DNA of 64,000 nucleotides, taken from assembly GCF_004010195.1 (NCBI RefSeq), contig NC_057718.1, forward strand, positions 92,412,765 to 92,476,764, written 5' to 3'. The stretch comes from Chiloscyllium plagiosum. Its lineage: Eukaryota. Below the pieces are notes generated by a model that saw nothing but the letters and a program-made list of their open reading frames with translations, did no database searches and was not told where the DNA came from. Both the position numbers and the translations under genes were made by a program. The first letter of the stretch is position 1. Each line of letters starts with the position of its first letter. Positions 62,907 through 64,000 of the stretch are shown piece by piece.

Positions 62907-63705
62907 TGTAGTTACATGAATGAGGTCAGCCTGATGGAGCTGATAGAATATGAATACCCTGACTGGGGCTGATAACATGGTCCGATCAGGAAGTTCTGGC
63001 TGACAGATAGAAATAGGAGTGTCAGGGGTTCTGTTCACTCTAGGAGCTGATTTTGAGCAAGCTTGGTCTGTGTCATGTCCTGTGCATATGTAAATAAAGA
63101 TAGACTTGGTGATGGGATGCTAGTATTTGTCGAGTTACTTCAGTGGCGATGTAAGAAAAATGCGCCCCTGAAGAGGACCGCTCGCCGCAGTTGTCTTTGA
63201 GGTGGGATAAGCATTTTTGATATCATGCCACCATTTGACTCATTTCGATCCTGCCACTGAAAACTGGGCCCAATATATGGAAAGAATGCAATTTTTTTCC
63301 ATGTAATTGACATTGGCGCAGATGAAAAGCAATGAGTAATTCTCCTGACAGCTTGTGGACCGCCACCTTTTTCAGTTATTAGGAGCCCAAGCCTTCTCTA
63401 ATTCTCTAACTGGACCAGAAGCTACAGGCAAAAGAAGAGGCCTATATACCAGGACTTAGAGGAGGAAGGATGTAGTGATTAGAACGAGGTCAGTCAGGTG
63501 GACCTCATAGAATATCAGTTCCTTGATTGGGGCTGTTAACCTGAACCAATCAGGGAGCCCTGGCTGCCAGATAAAAACAGGGGTGCCAGGGTTCTGTTAA
63601 ATCTCGGAGCTACCTCTGAGCTAGCTGGGTCCATGTCATGTGCTCTGAACATGTAAATAAAGGGTGTCTTGGTGATGGGATACTGGCCACTGTGGAGTTA
63701 CTTCA
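62907..63705 (+). mobile_element. TRIM-like non-autonomous Gypsy element (LTRs 62907-63142 and 63471-63705)
   Basis: Both LTRs run TGTAG...TTACTTCA. PBS TGGCGA at 63144, gag N-terminal relic (DPATENWAQYMERMQ..ILLTACG), PPT AGAGGAGGAAGGA, degraded TSD GTCAC/GTTAT. Confidence 0.9.
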
Positions 63706-63728
63706 GTTATCTGTTATGCACTTCATAG

Positions 63729-64000
63729 AGTTACAACACTGCAGTGGACCCCTCTGTTAATTAAAGCAAAAACTGGGAAAAGCTCATCTTGCCTCGTAAT
63801 CTGTTAATATATATGAGTGACAGAGAACTCCCAAATTCCAATATTTAAAGAAAATAATATCAATTAATTCTTTAAGTCTAAAAGTGAATAATAAACAACA
63901 ACTATTCACAGCTCGAAGCAACCCCCTTTCTCTGAACTGCTTATTATCTTCCTCCGACTCTAAAACAATACACTGTTCCAATTAAACACGTAGTAAAATT
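63729..64000 (-). repeat. Second copy of the 61334 LTR-like repeat (runs off the window)
   Basis: GTTACAACACTG..ACCCCTCTG.TAATTAAA..GAAAAGCTCA..TTGCCTC.TAATCTG..CAGAGAACTCCCA is colinear with 61334-61600. Confidence 0.8.

Noticed and set aside
1..64000. Prokaryotic systems (CRISPR arrays, operons, defence islands)
   Set aside because: No regularly spaced repeat-spacer array and no dense intact ORFs; the content is vertebrate intron and retroelement DNA.

Overview
Eukaryotic (vertebrate) genomic DNA, AT-rich and dominated by repeats. HE1-type V-SINEs and HER1/CR1 LINE tails point to an elasmobranch, probably a shark (inference from repeat families). Almost all ORFs in the supplied track are decayed transposon fragments or noise. 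Reading splice sites by hand gives one + strand multi-exon gene: 8 phase-compatible exons between 14049 and 58351, about 405 codons with no stop, 3' end unresolved. Its middle exons resemble a degenerate RhoGAP/p85-BH-like domain; I do not recognise the gene. The introns and flanks hold CR1/HER1, L2, Rex1/Babar and Tx1 LINE remnants, a Gmr1-type (integrase-before-RT) Gypsy remnant, an 800-bp TRIM-like LTR element, solo-LTR-like repeats, Tigger-like MITEs and at least four Penelope-like element (PLE) families. The most striking non-coding structure is a set of minimal hammerhead-ribozyme motifs (CUGANGA-stem II-GAAACGUC) in PLE termini, together with several 100-200 bp PLE-terminus insertions, mostly fold-backs, each flanked by an 11-16 bp target-site duplication. 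Repeat boundaries are approximate unless a TSD or terminus is quoted.
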